This document shows, in pieces, positions 51,869-63,242 of a stretch of DNA of 64,000 nucleotides (position 1 is its first letter; each line of letters opens with the position of its first letter). Origin of the DNA: Synechococcus sp. (GTDB lineage Bacteria; Cyanobacteriota; Cyanobacteriia; PCC-6307; Cyanobiaceae). A program made the position numbers and the translations under genes. Under the pieces are notes generated by a model. That model did not search any database. It was not told where the DNA came from and was given only the letters and a program-made list of their open reading frames with translations. The stretch is from the NCBI GenBank assembly GCA_047285535.1, contig JBJBDC010000001.1, forward strand, positions 2,752,136-2,816,135, read 5' to 3'.

Positions 51869-53263
51869 TTGGCACTGCATCAATCCCGTCATCATCTCAA
51901 TGACAGTGAGGAACAGGCGTTGGTTGATGCCTTGGTTTCTCCTCTCCCTAAGCACCAATTTCCTGGAGTAGGTCGCGAAGGCAATTCCACGGTGCAACTT
52001 TTGAAAGAAGAGTTGCTACTCGATGGCAACAGTAAGCAGAATCTGGCCACGTTCTGCCAGACCTATCAAGCTCAAAGTGCCATGGAATTAATGGCACTGG
52101 GCGTTGACAAAAATTTGATTGATAAAGACGAATATCCTCAAACTGCAGAGCTGGAAAACCGTTGTGTTTCCATGATGGCGGATTTGTGGAATGCACCTGG
52201 CGCTGCTGTTGGCTGCTCCACGATTGGAAGTAGTGAGGCGGCCATGCTTGGCGGTATGGCTGCGAAGTGGAGGTGGCGAAAGCGTCGCGAGGCAGCCGGT
52301 CTGCCAACCGATAAGCCCAATATGGTCTGCGGAAGTGTGCAGATCTGTTGGAAGAAGTTTGCGCGTTATTGGGATATTGAAATGCGTGAATTAGAGATGC
52401 TTTCTGGTGAAATGTGCATCAGCCCTGAGAGAGTTGTAGAGGCAGTTGATGAGAACACGATTTTTGTAGTACCAACCCTTGGCGTGACATATCACGGCCT
52501 TTATGAAGACATTGCATCCATCAGTAAGGCCCTTGATGATCTTCAGGCCCGCACTGGCCTCGATGTGCCGATTCACGTGGACGCTGCCAGTGGCGGATTT
52601 CTGGCACCGTTTTGTTCACCAGATCTGCCCCCCTGGGATTTTCGGCTGGAGCGTGTGAAATCGATTAATGCTTCAGGCCATAAATTTGGTCTTGCTCCTC
52701 TTGGAGTGGGTTGGGTTCTATGGCGCAGCCAGGACGATCTACCAGATGAGCTTGTCTTCCATGTGACTTATCTGGGGGGGGACATGCCCACATTCCAGAT
52801 TAATTTTTCAAGGCCTGCAGGTCAGGTGATTGCTCAGTATCACGAATTTGTTCGTTTAGGTCGAGAGGGGTATCGCAAGCTCCATATGGCTAGCCATGCC
52901 AATGCTCAGTATTTCGCAAACAAATTGCGTGAACAAGGTATCTTTAAAATCGTCCATGACGGCAATCCCGACAAAGGCATTCCCACTGTGGTTTGGACCC
53001 TGGATGCTGACTTAGAACACGGATTCAATTTGTATGACTTCGCGGATCGCTTGCGGATGCGTGGATGGCAGGTTCCTGCTTATCCCTTTACTGGAGAACT
53101 TGAATCAACTGCATTCCAAAGAATTCTGGTCAAGCGTGACTTCAGTCGTGAGATGGCAGACCTGCTGCTGGAAGACATGAGTCAGGCTATTACACATTTC
53201 CAAAAGCACCCGATTACGAATAATCTCCTTGCTTCAGAGGTGGCTTCTTATAACCACCTCTAA
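51869..53263 (+). CDS. gadB: Glutamate decarboxylase
   Basis: QNLATFCQT, KNLIDKDEYPQT, HVDAASGGF and SGHK (PLP lysine) motifs. Confidence 0.95.
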   Translation: MALHQSRHHLNDSEEQALVDALVSPLPKHQFPGVGREGNSTVQLLKEELLLDGNSKQNLATFCQTYQAQSAMELMALGVDKNLIDKDEYPQTAELENRCVSMMADLWNAPGAAVGCSTIGSSEAAMLGGMAAKWRWRKRREAAGLPTDKPNMVCGSVQICWKKFARYWDIEMRELEMLSGEMCISPERVVEAVDENTIFVVPTLGVTYHGLYEDIASISKALDDLQARTGLDVPIHVDAASGGFLAPFCSPDLPPWDFRLERVKSINASGHKFGLAPLGVGWVLWRSQDDLPDELVFHVTYLGGDMPTFQINFSRPAGQVIAQYHEFVRLGREGYRKLHMASHANAQYFANKLREQGIFKIVHDGNPDKGIPTVVWTLDADLEHGFNLYDFADRLRMRGWQVPAYPFTGELESTAFQRILVKRDFSREMADLLLEDMSQAITHFQKHPITNNLLASEVASYNHL

Positions 53264-53277
53264 AAAACGTTCTGCTC

Positions 53278-53769
53278 TTATGCAGCGATTGGTACGGCAG
53301 GTATTCGCTCTGACCTCCCAATTGCTGCGGGAGTTTCCCTTAGAAAGCTGCGCATGGCATGACGACCAGCATCTAATGCCTCACACAGCACCTCACAGGC
53401 TTTATCAGGCATGGTGTGGTCACCACAGGTGAAAACATCCACGGCTGCATAGCCATTTTCTGGCCAGGTGTGGATTGAGATGTGGGATTCTGCCAACAGT
53501 GCCAGCCCTGTTACACCCTGTGGGTCGAAGCGGTGGGTGATGAGGTTTAGCAGTGTTGCGCCAGCACGTTTGGCTGCTGTTGTGATGGCGTTTCTCAGGA
53601 AGATTTCGTTATCAAGCTTTGAAGGATCGCAGTCATAAAGCTCGAGAATGCAGTGTTTCCCAACCATGTCGGTTGCACTGCTATTGGTCGCAATGGAGTT
53701 GAGGGCTTGGTTGGATTCTGTCTTGGTCCATCCCGGGTTGGGATGCAGGCTGGACAATGTCTGCTCCAT
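53278..53769 (-). CDS. speD: S-adenosylmethionine decarboxylase proenzyme (SpeH type)
   Basis: [14 protein letters not shown]...AVDVFTCG. Confidence 0.93.
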   Translation of the reverse strand: MEQTLSSLHPNPGWTKTESNQALNSIATNSSATDMVGKHCILELYDCDPSKLDNEIFLRNAITTAAKRAGATLLNLITHRFDPQGVTGLALLAESHISIHTWPENGYAAVDVFTCGDHTMPDKACEVLCEALDAGRHAMRSFLRETPAAIGRSERIPAVPIAA

Positions 53770-53799
53770 CAAGATTTTTCAAGCAAATGGTTCGCGACC

Positions 53800-54918
53800 C
53801 TACCGTGATTCCGAGTCTGATCTCAAGGTGTCTGCATTGACAATCTGCGACTGCTCCCGCCAGCCTCCTTCAAATGCCTCGAGGTGAGTTGCACTTACTA
53901 GGCATTGATGATTTTCACCAACAGCCTCTAAGAGGGCAAGTTGACGCGCTGGATCGAGTTCTGCCAACACATCATCGAGCAGAAGCAGTGGAGGCTCACC
54001 ACAGAGCTCACCCACAAGTTGTAATTCCGCCATTTTCAAAGCCAGCACCAAGGTTCGTTGTTGGCCAGACGACCCGAATCGTCTGGCGACGGTCCCATTG
54101 ATTTGCATCGCGATCTCATCGCGATGAGGTCCAACCCTGCAGCTACCTAGGCGTTCCTCTTCTTTACGTTGATGGTGCAGTTGTTGTTCGATTGCAAGTC
54201 GCCAGGATTCTTCCGCTTCCTCTCCAATCAATGCACTGCCTGGGAGATAGCGCAGCTGGAGCTGCTCGTTTCCCTCACTCAGCCTTTCCTGCCAGACGGC
54301 GGCAAGAGGCTCCAAACGGGCAAGTGCACGGCGTCGTCTGCGATGAATCCGTGTGCTCACTAAAGCCATCTGGCTATCAAAGCTATCGAGGAGCAGTTGC
54401 GGTTCCATCGTTGAGGACAGGCCGCCACGTCGCCAGAACTGTGCTCGTTGTCGCATTAGGCGTCCGTAGCGACTGATGAGGTCTGCGTAAACAGGTTCTA
54501 GCTGAAGGACAACACGATCAAGCCATTGCCGGCGCAGGGCTGGCTCTCCTCTCACTAAATGGAGGTCAAGAGCGCTGAAGCCCACGCATCTCAGTGGACC
54601 AATGAGCTCAAGTTGTCTTTGTAGTGGTTTTCCATTGCGTTTCGCTTGGCGTCCGCCTTTTCGACGAAGCTCAAGTTCGAGCAACTCCTGATCCGCACAG
54701 GTTGCCTTGAGCAGAGCACGGTTGGCATCCCAGTGAATTAAATCACCATCTTGATTGGAGCGATGGGAACGCAGGCTGCCGAGTAGCTCCACCGATTCGA
54801 GCAGATTGGACTTGCCGACACCGTTGCTGCCGATCACCAACAGTCGCTTGGCTTCAATGTCCAGCTGCAGGTGACTGTGGTTGCGAAAGCCCTGCAGTTG
54901 AAGCTTGAGAAGCCGAAT
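53800..54918 (-). CDS. recF: DNA repair protein RecF (probable ATT start)
   Basis: [20 protein letters not shown] and [11 protein letters not shown] motifs; homology continues upstream of the ORF-track start to [14 protein letters not shown]. Confidence 0.95.
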   Translation of the reverse strand: MRLLKLQLQGFRNHSHLQLDIEAKRLLVIGSNGVGKSNLLESVELLGSLRSHRSNQDGDLIHWDANRALLKATCADQELLELELRRKGGRQAKRNGKPLQRQLELIGPLRCVGFSALDLHLVRGEPALRRQWLDRVVLQLEPVYADLISRYGRLMRQRAQFWRRGGLSSTMEPQLLLDSFDSQMALVSTRIHRRRRRALARLEPLAAVWQERLSEGNEQLQLRYLPGSALIGEEAEESWRLAIEQQLHHQRKEEERLGSCRVGPHRDEIAMQINGTVARRFGSSGQQRTLVLALKMAELQLVGELCGEPPLLLLDDVLAELDPARQLALLEAVGENHQCLVSATHLEAFEGGWREQSQIVNADTLRSDSESR

Positions 54919-55001
54919 CGGTCCAAAGGCGACGTGTCGCTAAGGTACTTGGATCGGCTGGTTTTGCCGATCAATACCGGCAGCTGTTCTGGCAGCGGCA
55001 G

Positions 55002-55075
55002 GGGCATGTAGCTCAGTTGGATAGAGCATCAGATTCCGGTTCTGAGGGTCGGGGGTTCGAGTCCCTCCATGCTCG
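55002..55075 (+). tRNA. tRNA-Arg(CCG)
   Basis: gggcatg...tcaga tt CCG gt tctga...ggttcgagtcc...catgctc g. Confidence 0.97.
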
Positions 55076-55096
55076 TCACAGATCAGGCTCCATCCG

Positions 55097-55558
55097 CTAG
55101 CGGAGCCTCAAGCCCATGGCGCGAATCCCTCCAGGGTCCAAAATAAAGCCACGCTTTTTCAAGGCATCAAACGCAATTCCAGGTGCGGAGATGGAGATAC
55201 TGCATCCTGGCAATTCTTTTTTTAAGCGTGCAAGTGAGTGATGAACCAAGGCGTTCACGATTGAGTCTTGATCTTGACCAGGTTGCGCGGCCAGATTCCA
55301 GAGGTTGGCATTCAGTGCGAGGTCGCTCGTTGCTCGAATGAATCCAGCCAAGGAGTTAGTGCGCTCATCGATGATGCTGAGATGCCAGAGGCTGCGGTTC
55401 AGTGCTAACGACCAACGTTCCACAGGATGAGCGGTCTCACCGCAGGAAGTCAGCAGGCTGTTGATGGCCTTACCACTTGGATTGGGCTGTGCCTGCATCC
55501 GATAGTGGGAAGGCAGTCTGGGTGCCGTGGCCTGCTGTCGAAAAGGAAGCGGTGACAC
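55097..55558 (-). CDS. GNAT-like N-acetyltransferase (Ycf52-like)
   Basis: AGFIRATSDLALNANLWNL and GFILDPGGIRAM motifs. Confidence 0.8.
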   Translation of the reverse strand: MSPLPFRQQATAPRLPSHYRMQAQPNPSGKAINSLLTSCGETAHPVERWSLALNRSLWHLSIIDERTNSLAGFIRATSDLALNANLWNLAAQPGQDQDSIVNALVHHSLARLKKELPGCSISISAPGIAFDALKKRGFILDPGGIRAMGLRLR

Positions 55559-58500
55559 TCAGCCTGTATTGCGCATGCCTGCAGCAATTCCATTAATAGT
55601 CAGCAGTGCGCCTCGTAAGAGCTCGCTGCGGCTGTAGGTGCGTCCATCTCCATGACTGCTGGGCGATTCGCTCATGGGTGGTTGACGGTTTTGATCTCTA
55701 AGCCTGCGCAACAAAGCGACTTGTAAAAAACCAAGCGGAACAATGGTTCGATTGCGTAGATCAACCGAGAGTCGCAGAGCTGGATCAGCTTCAAGAAGTC
55801 TTTCCTGGCCTGTAATCGCCAATACAAGCTCCTTGGTTCTTGCGTATTCCTCAGCCACCGTGTCGTAGATCGTTTCAAAGGCGGCGTGGTGCTCTGCTCC
55901 GCCCAAACTTGTGACGTAATGACGTGCAAGATCGAGATCCACTTTCGAGAGGGTCATCTCCACTTTGGAGATCAACATACGGAAGAAGGGCCAGCGTTGA
56001 TGCAAAGTGCGCAACAACGAGAGTTGGTCTGGATCTGATTCAAGCTCTTCACTCAGGGCCGAGCCAACCCCAAACCAGCTTGGGAGAAGAAAACGACTTT
56101 GAGTCCATCCGAAAACCCAAGGGATCGCCCTGAGGCTCGAAAGATCACGAGCACCAGATTTTCTCCGGGCTGGTCGGCTGGAGATCTGTAGCTTGCTGAT
56201 TTCTTCAATGGGGGTGACCTGTTGGAAAAAAGCCACCAGATCAGGGTTGTCATGTACCAAGGCTCGGTAATGGCGGCGTGAGCTTTTGGCGAGCCTCGAC
56301 ATCAGTTCATTCCAGTTTGGTGTTGCATCGAGTTGGTTGGTTACAAGACTGTTTTGTATGACAGCGGTCGTAACCGTCTCAAGGTTGTACAAAGCAAGCT
56401 CTGGCAGGCTGTACTTCGAAGCCAAAACTTCTCCTTGTTCCGTGATTTTGATCCGTCCCTGAAGCGTGCCACTGGGCTGAGCCAAAATCGCTTGATAAGC
56501 AGGACCACCGCCTCGCCCTACTGAGCCACCACGACCGTGGAAAAGTCGAAGGGCAATGCCCTGACGAGAAGCTAAGTCTTGCAAGGCGATCTGGGCCTGA
56601 TGTATCTCCCAATTGCTGGATAAAAATCCCGAATCTTTGTTGCTATCTGAATAACCAAGCATGAGCTCTTGCAAGAGCAGCCCCTGGGTGCCGACCTTTG
56701 GAAGCAGATCTCTATATAGAGGGGTTTGGAACAGTTGTTCCATGACCTCAGGTGCCCTCTGGAGGTCTTCAACGGTTTCAAATAACGGAACAACTAAGAG
56801 GTCTGCGTGGTGGGCTGATGGATCAACCAATCCTGCTTCTTTTGCGAGCAGCAGCACTTCGAGCAAGTCGGAGACGCTGTGACTCATCGAGATCACGTAA
56901 GTGCCGCAAATACGACTTCCGAATTCATCCTGCAATCGGTGCAGCATGCGGAACACGTCCACCGTTTCAGCCGTGGCTTCAGACCAGCTCACAGCAGGTG
57001 GAATTAATGGACGACGGGTCTGCAGTTCCTCCATCAACCAGGCCACACGCTCCGGCTCTTCCATCGCTCCGTAGGCACGCTCTGGATTGATGTAACGGCT
57101 TAGTTCGTCCAGAGCATCACTATGACGAGTGCTTTCTTGTCGAATATCTAGACCTGCAAGCGAAAATCCGAAAATGTGCACTTGTGTGATCAGAGTATCG
57201 AGAGTTTCACAACTCAGATTTGTGTTGACCAGGCTGGTTCTGATGAGCTCAAGTTCGCTGCGGAATTCGGCAATAGACCCGTAGTGGAGGGGATCACCAG
57301 GGGGATGCCCGGGTGCACAGGACGGCAAGCCTTCGGGAGGTGTTCGCCACCCTGCTTCAGCCAACTGCTGATTGCGCAACTGGGTAAGACGTAGCCGTTC
57401 AAGCATGAAACTGAGCTTGAGCCGATAAGGCTCCAGTCGGTATCGGGTGGCTCGCTCTTCATAGACTTCTGGGAAGCGCAATCGGTCCATTTCCAAAGAC
57501 TCGAGCAGAGGCGCACTCACTTGGCTCCATTGCATGGAAATGCTGAGCTGATTGCGGAGGTGCTGAACGGCATTTACATACCGATCAATCATTAACTGGC
57601 GTTGATAACAGGCCGTTCGCCAGGTGATTTCAGTTGTGACAGAGGGGTTTCCATCCCTGTCGGAGCCCACCCATGATCCAAACGTGCAAAACGATGGGGA
57701 AGGCACTTTGACGTCGGGATAGCTTGCCGCGAGGGACGTGATGATCCTTCTTCGCAACTGCGGCATTGCATTGAAGAGCACCTGCTGGAAATAATGCAGG
57801 GCATAGTCCACTTCATCTAAAACCGATGGTTTGAATTGATGGAGCTCATCGGTTCGCCACCACAGCCGGATCTCTTCTTCGAGCTGCAGTCGCACGTTGT
57901 CAACGACGCCTGATGCAGACAGCGGCTGTGTTTCAAGTTGCTGGAGGAGGCTGGCGACGCGTCTCTGTTTATGACGGACGGTATGACGGACGATCTCTGT
58001 GGGATGAGCTGTGAAGACCAAGCGGATGTCTAGTTCTTGAAGAAGGGACTCAAGCTGGGCAGGCGGGACGTTGAGGCGTCTCAGTCGTTCAAAGAGTTCT
58101 CTGAAGGTGGCGGGTTCGGTCTGCGTGGCCAGAGGTGGTGCAAAGGGATCAACCTTCTCTGCGTGTTCCTGGGATCGATTAATACTTTCGAGATACGTGT
58201 CTTCTTCGATCCGTTGCTCAAGGATATTGACCAGCTGGAAATACAGCGAAAATGCCCTGGCTGCAGCGATAGCTTCAGCAAGATCCATTCCGCGAATCAG
58301 ATCAACGAGTGCGTCAGTCCCTGGTGAATGCTTGCCAGGGAGTACCGGATCACTGAGCTGCTTCATTCGCAGCAATCGCTCTGCCTGCTCAGGGGGACAT
58401 TCGCTTCGCAGAACGGTTTGCCATAGGTCCTCAACAAGGGCTAAGCGTTGTTGCAGGAGTTGACCATTACCAGCTTCATTTCCTTCAGCCCTGGGCTGTG

Positions 58501-58570
58501 TGCTCTCAGGAATAAGAGCTGAGGACGAAAGCATCGATGGGAGACCGCTATCAGATTGAGACATGATCAT
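55559..58570 (-). CDS. ppc: Phosphoenolpyruvate carboxylase
   Basis: [18 protein letters not shown] and [12 protein letters not shown] motifs; ends MRNTG. Confidence 0.99.
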   Translation of the reverse strand: MIMSQSDSGLPSMLSSSALIPESTQPRAEGNEAGNGQLLQQRLALVEDLWQTVLRSECPPEQAERLLRMKQLSDPVLPGKHSPGTDALVDLIRGMDLAEAIAAARAFSLYFQLVNILEQRIEEDTYLESINRSQEHAEKVDPFAPPLATQTEPATFRELFERLRRLNVPPAQLESLLQELDIRLVFTAHPTEIVRHTVRHKQRRVASLLQQLETQPLSASGVVDNVRLQLEEEIRLWWRTDELHQFKPSVLDEVDYALHYFQQVLFNAMPQLRRRIITSLAASYPDVKVPSPSFCTFGSWVGSDRDGNPSVTTEITWRTACYQRQLMIDRYVNAVQHLRNQLSISMQWSQVSAPLLESLEMDRLRFPEVYEERATRYRLEPYRLKLSFMLERLRLTQLRNQQLAEAGWRTPPEGLPSCAPGHPPGDPLHYGSIAEFRSELELIRTSLVNTNLSCETLDTLITQVHIFGFSLAGLDIRQESTRHSDALDELSRYINPERAYGAMEEPERVAWLMEELQTRRPLIPPAVSWSEATAETVDVFRMLHRLQDEFGSRICGTYVISMSHSVSDLLEVLLLAKEAGLVDPSAHHADLLVVPLFETVEDLQRAPEVMEQLFQTPLYRDLLPKVGTQGLLLQELMLGYSDSNKDSGFLSSNWEIHQAQIALQDLASRQGIALRLFHGRGGSVGRGGGPAYQAILAQPSGTLQGRIKITEQGEVLASKYSLPELALYNLETVTTAVIQNSLVTNQLDATPNWNELMSRLAKSSRRHYRALVHDNPDLVAFFQQVTPIEEISKLQISSRPARRKSGARDLSSLRAIPWVFGWTQSRFLLPSWFGVGSALSEELESDPDQLSLLRTLHQRWPFFRMLISKVEMTLSKVDLDLARHYVTSLGGAEHHAAFETIYDTVAEEYARTKELVLAITGQERLLEADPALRLSVDLRNRTIVPLGFLQVALLRRLRDQNRQPPMSESPSSHGDGRTYSRSELLRGALLTINGIAAGMRNTG

Positions 58571-59712
58571 CCCAAAGCGTCAGCTAGCGGTCGGTCGCTG
58601 GGCTGTTCTTCCAGCTCCATGTCGATGATTCCAGTGCGGAATTCAGCTTCAAGGCTCCCACCTTGGGAGATCCCCTGGAGCCAGCGCATGGCTTGGTTCC
58701 CTTCCTTGAGCACCGATTCAAGAGGGAGTAAGAGAGTTGTTAGTTCCAATTCGTGGGCCAAAGGCAGCACGGTGTTGATCAGTTCCCTTAGCCATTCACG
58801 ACAGAGTCTTGGCCGACCATCACGCCAGTCTTGCAAGTGTGCATCGAGGCTTTGTTTGGCAGCAGCGACGTCATTGGAATCGCTGAGGTTCATCAGCTGT
58901 TCAGCATCCAGGCAGCTCGCCTTGAACGGGTCGAGTTGATCGGGATCTTGAAGCAACATCTGCACACGTAGTTCTAAGAGTGCGGTAATCGCCAGGAGTA
59001 GATCAGGGTTGGTGACCAGATCGCAGATGCGCAGCTCAAGTCGATTGAGATCAAAGGGACGTTTAGGTCCATTGGGACGCACAGATGTCCAGAGATGACG
59101 AACGTTGTGCATGTTCCCTTCTAGGAGTTGGCTATCGGTCCATGTGATGAAATGCTCAAGATCGCGAAACAGCGGGACTTGTTCTGGGGTCAATGGAAAC
59201 TGCAGCCAGCGCTGTGAGTGTGCGCCGGAGATCTGGCCGCTTAGAAAGGGAGAACTGGCACTGAGTGCAAGCAGCAAAGCGGCTTCACAACGCACAAGTC
59301 GTAGTGCACGAAAGAGATCTGTTGGTTCCCTGATCCCTAGGTTGATATGGATGCTCGCGGTCACCACAGAGGTTCCATAAGTGGCTTCGATCAGGTCGTG
59401 ATAAGCGTCGTCTGGGTTTGATCGTTCAAAGCGACTGGCATCGCCCAGAGTGAGAGTGCTTCCAGGGAGCAAGGTGAGATCGCGTTCTGCGAGCCATCTG
59501 CGTAGGCGGCGGCGAGGAGCCAGAAGGGCTTCCTTGAGTTTTCGGTAGTCGGATTCGGGTTCCGTGATGTATTCCAGGTTGCGGTGGTCGGGTTCAACGC
59601 AGAACTCAGAGAGTTCTTGTTTGACCAACTCCGCCACACCAACATTTTCTCCAGTGTGCCGTCCTGTGAACAGTTCCACTTCAAAGCCCTTGAGCATCAG
59701 GGTTTGGATCAT
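58567..59712 (-). CDS. gshA: Glutamate-cysteine ligase (cyanobacterial type)
   Basis: [11 protein letters not shown] and [11 protein letters not shown]...NRLELRICD motifs. Confidence 0.93.
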   Translation of the reverse strand: MIQTLMLKGFEVELFTGRHTGENVGVAELVKQELSEFCVEPDHRNLEYITEPESDYRKLKEALLAPRRRLRRWLAERDLTLLPGSTLTLGDASRFERSNPDDAYHDLIEATYGTSVVTASIHINLGIREPTDLFRALRLVRCEAALLLALSASSPFLSGQISGAHSQRWLQFPLTPEQVPLFRDLEHFITWTDSQLLEGNMHNVRHLWTSVRPNGPKRPFDLNRLELRICDLVTNPDLLLAITALLELRVQMLLQDPDQLDPFKASCLDAEQLMNLSDSNDVAAAKQSLDAHLQDWRDGRPRLCREWLRELINTVLPLAHELELTTLLLPLESVLKEGNQAMRWLQGISQGGSLEAEFRTGIIDMELEEQPSDRPLADALG

Positions 59713-61244
59713 GAAACTGGCTCCTCAAGGCAAGCGAGAGCGGTAAGCATGCCTCGGGCTTTGTTCAGCGTTTCTTGATACTCAGCTTTTGGTTCGGAGT
59801 CAGCAACCACGCCTGCGCCTGCTTGGACTTGGATCCGCCAACCCCCATCTGGGTGCGGTCGCACCACCATGGTTCGAATCGTGATGGCAGTGTTAATCGC
59901 TCCTGCCAGATCCACGGAACCGTAGACGCCGGAGTAGGGCCCACGAGCATCAGGCTCCAGCTGATGAATGAGCTGCATAGCTCTAATTTTGGGGGCTCCA
60001 CTCACGGTTCCCGCTGGAAACGATGCTTTCAGCAGGTCCCAGATGTCTCGACCTTGAGCTAATCGGCCCTCAACCTGACTGACGATGTGCATCACATGGG
60101 AGTAACGCTCGATCACCATCAGCTCCTTGACATCGACTGTGCCAGCGGCACAAACCCTGCCGAGATCATTGCGGCCAAGGTCCACCAACATCACATGTTC
60201 TGCGCGCTCTTTGGGGTCTGCCAGGAGATCAGCTTCGAAATTCCGATCTTCCAGCTCCGTGCGTCCTCTTGGGCGTGTGCCAGCGATGGGTCTCAGGCTT
60301 GCGCGAATGCCTCCCTGATCGGGTTCCGCCTTGACCATGACCTCGGGGCTTGAACCGATCAAATACCAGTCTCCGAAATCGAAAAACGCCATATAGGGGG
60401 ATGGATTCACCATCCTCAAGCTTCGGTAGATGTCTAAAGGTGGCTGGGAGGCGTGAGTTTCCAGTCTTTGACTAATAACAAGTTGGAAGGCGTCTCCTGC
60501 GGAAATGTGTTCTTGAGCCGTGACGACGGCTTGCTCAAAATTTTCAGGAGAACGATTGCTTTCTGTTTTGGGTGGGTTGTCTGCCTCAGGCTTCCAGCGC
60601 AATGGATGAACCTGGGGTAGTGGTGATGCCATCCTGTTTTCGAGCTCCAGGATTCGACCTATCGCTGAGTCCCACGCTTCATCTGGGGTGTTGTGGGTCC
60701 CTGCCCTTGCATGGCTCAGATCTCCATAGGCCACAGCGGTGATGAGACGTTTCACCTGATCGATGATCAAGATGCTGTCCATCAACATCCAAATGCCGTC
60801 AGGCGGGTCGGAGGAAGCAGTGGCATGAACGGGAACAGTTGGTTCAATCCAGTGGATTAGCTCATATCCCCAGATCCCATACAACTGTCCAAGGGGTGGA
60901 AGTCCTGGAAGTGAAACAGGTTTGTAGGCATCCGTGCACTCACGCAGAACGTCGAGAGGATTGCCATGAAAGATCTCTTCATGACCATCACGCCAGCGTC
61001 GGGTGAGCGCTTGGCCCCTGGCGAAGAGCGTCCAAAGAGGATCACATGCGATCACACTCCACCGTCCAAGGTTCTCCCCACCCTCAACCGATTCGAGTAA
61101 GACCCCAGGTGGATGGCCTTGGCCTGCCTTGATCCAGGTGGTGAGAGGAGTTTCTAAATCAGCTGGCCAGCTATGGGCTACCGGGATAAAGGTGGCACCA
61201 CAGCGAGCTGCTTCAAGAAAGGCGGAGCGGTCGGGGCTGATCAT
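59709..61244 (-). CDS. trpE: Anthranilate synthase component I
   Basis: LLES, NPSPYM, PIAGTRPRG and PAGTVSGAPK motifs. Confidence 0.96.
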   Translation of the reverse strand: MISPDRSAFLEAARCGATFIPVAHSWPADLETPLTTWIKAGQGHPPGVLLESVEGGENLGRWSVIACDPLWTLFARGQALTRRWRDGHEEIFHGNPLDVLRECTDAYKPVSLPGLPPLGQLYGIWGYELIHWIEPTVPVHATASSDPPDGIWMLMDSILIIDQVKRLITAVAYGDLSHARAGTHNTPDEAWDSAIGRILELENRMASPLPQVHPLRWKPEADNPPKTESNRSPENFEQAVVTAQEHISAGDAFQLVISQRLETHASQPPLDIYRSLRMVNPSPYMAFFDFGDWYLIGSSPEVMVKAEPDQGGIRASLRPIAGTRPRGRTELEDRNFEADLLADPKERAEHVMLVDLGRNDLGRVCAAGTVDVKELMVIERYSHVMHIVSQVEGRLAQGRDIWDLLKASFPAGTVSGAPKIRAMQLIHQLEPDARGPYSGVYGSVDLAGAINTAITIRTMVVRPHPDGGWRIQVQAGAGVVADSEPKAEYQETLNKARGMLTALACLEEPVS

Positions 61245-61291
61245 GAAGTGATTGTCGCGACCGACCGCTGGGCATTATGGCCAAACGCTGA

Positions 61292-61723
61292 TCAGGAATC
61301 GAATGTGTTGCGGTCGCTGAATTTGATTTTCGCAGGATTGGTGTTGGCTCCAATGCTTCTAGGGTTGTGACCGACCATGGCCCTGCCTTCATTGACTTTT
61401 TCAGGGAACACTCCATCTGCAGGGTGGAGGAACTCAGTATCTCCTCCAGGGAAGATTCGGTAGATCTTGAAGTCCTCGATGCGAGGCTTGAATTTGGTGC
61501 GAAGTTGAGTGCCCAAGGCAAGACACTGCTCTTTACGGGCGAAATACATAATATTTTCGCCAGAAGACATCATTGCGGCTCCGCCAGTGGGGAGCTCGAA
61601 AGCCTGATCGGTTGTGCTGGTCCAGGTGATGGCGTACTTCTCCTCGGTTTCAGAGGAATTGAGCAGGCCTCCGGTGCTGCCGATGTGTTGGGGGAGCTGA
61701 CCCTTTAAGGCGGATGCTGTCAT
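61292..61723 (-). CDS. psaD: Photosystem I subunit II
   Basis: [17 protein letters not shown] and [12 protein letters not shown] motifs. Confidence 0.99.
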   Translation of the reverse strand: MTASALKGQLPQHIGSTGGLLNSSETEEKYAITWTSTTDQAFELPTGGAAMMSSGENIMYFARKEQCLALGTQLRTKFKPRIEDFKIYRIFPGGDTEFLHPADGVFPEKVNEGRAMVGHNPRSIGANTNPAKIKFSDRNTFDS

Positions 61724-61816
61724 AGCTGTCCTCGGAATTCGGCATACCGTGATGCTGAAAAATTAGCATTGAGCTTCCTCTCTGATCGCTCTTCTGGCCT
61801 GGAAACTTCACACCCG

Positions 61817-63238
61817 TCAACAATGGGGGGCTAAGGGGAAAAAGACTGTCAGACCACGATCCCGTCGCTGAGTGAGTCGACCGCCTAGTCGTGCTAAAAG
61901 GCGTCGAGTAGCAGTTTGACTCAGCTGCAAACTGCCCGTGTCTGGATTCCAGCTCAGCACAGGCCCCAGTTGGGCGATTGGTTCTGGACTCATGCCCCCC
62001 TCACCTCGTTCTGCTGGACTTTGGCCATGCAGTTGCAGTTTCAGGCGGGCTCCTGCCGGTTGAAGCGTCAGGACTAGCTGACTCCCACTGGGTAGTCCTC
62101 GACTGCAACGATCTACGAGGCCTCCGAGCATCGGTTCGAGACGACTCGGATCGCTGAGCACAGATGGCAAGCTGCTGGCGATCAAAAGGTTGAGCTCGAT
62201 TCCACGCCGCTGGAGCTGTTGCTCCCAGGAGGGCGTCAAATGATTGATCATGCTGCCAAGATCAGTCTGAGCAAGGACGGATGGACTCTCTGGTTGGCGT
62301 TGCAGCTCTGCCGCCTGAAAGATCAGGCCAAACCGGTCAATTTGTTCACTGCACTCCGTATCGATAAGCCTCAGCCGGTTGAGGGCTGTTTCAGGTATGT
62401 CATTTCGCCTCAACAAGGAGCGGATCAGAGTACGGATGGTGGCTAGTGGTGTTCGCACTTCATGGGCGATGGCCTCGAGCAGGGAGAGCTCTTCATCGGC
62501 CTTGCTGGCCACAGAACCCAGCTCCTTCGCTTCATGTTCCTTTCGTTTTTGATGAGTGCTGTTGAGCGGTGCTGATAGCGACGCTTTTAAGGTGACAGTT
62601 GGTGCCATTCCAGCAAGTCGCTCGGCCAGGCTTGGCCAGAACGTTTGTCCAAACGCACTGCTGCTTTCAAGTGGACCGAGTGCTTCTAAGGCTCGATGGA
62701 GAGCCAGCGCTTGCTCTGGAGAATCACAATGAAGTCTCTGTTCGATGATCCCCAGAACGGCGCTTAACGTTTCAGGCTCACTGCGCATGAGCAGCTGTCG
62801 CTGGTTTTGATTGCCATGAAGCGCCAAAGCGACTTGCATCTGGGATGTGATGACAACTAGTAGTGGGTCATGGCTGTCCTCCTCGTGCAGCGGAAGTTGT
62901 CTGAAGGATGCTGGGTGGGCATCGTTGTTCTTTCCCCCATGATTCAGGTTGGGTCGTAACAAATCTGGAGGGAGAAGACTTGTGCTTGGGGACGTCAAAG
63001 CTCCCAGTGCCTTCGGAGCCCAAACCCATCCCTGAAGGCTGTTCAAAAGTTGTGGTGAATAAAGAGCTGGTAATGGGGCTGCCAGCCAAACTCCTGATGG
63101 TGCCTTGTCGTTGTTTAGGAGTGTCTCTTGCAGGGTCTCAAGGGCAGCCCACCACATTCTTCGTGCGGTGGAGTCGTCGGATCCTCCCGCGCTCACTCCA
63201 TCTGCCATCCTTTGGTGAATGCTCTGGAGCAACATCAC
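61817..63238 (-). CDS. hik2: Sensor histidine kinase, Hik2/CSK-like
   Basis: H-box AHEVRTPL, IDTECSEQIDRFGLIF and NPDTGSLQLS motifs. Confidence 0.75.
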   Translation of the reverse strand: MMLLQSIHQRMADGVSAGGSDDSTARRMWWAALETLQETLLNNDKAPSGVWLAAPLPALYSPQLLNSLQGWVWAPKALGALTSPSTSLLPPDLLRPNLNHGGKNNDAHPASFRQLPLHEEDSHDPLLVVITSQMQVALALHGNQNQRQLLMRSEPETLSAVLGIIEQRLHCDSPEQALALHRALEALGPLESSSAFGQTFWPSLAERLAGMAPTVTLKASLSAPLNSTHQKRKEHEAKELGSVASKADEELSLLEAIAHEVRTPLATIRTLIRSLLRRNDIPETALNRLRLIDTECSEQIDRFGLIFQAAELQRQPESPSVLAQTDLGSMINHLTPSWEQQLQRRGIELNLLIASSLPSVLSDPSRLEPMLGGLVDRCSRGLPSGSQLVLTLQPAGARLKLQLHGQSPAERGEGGMSPEPIAQLGPVLSWNPDTGSLQLSQTATRRLLARLGGRLTQRRDRGLTVFFPLAPHC

Positions 63239-63242
63239 TGAG

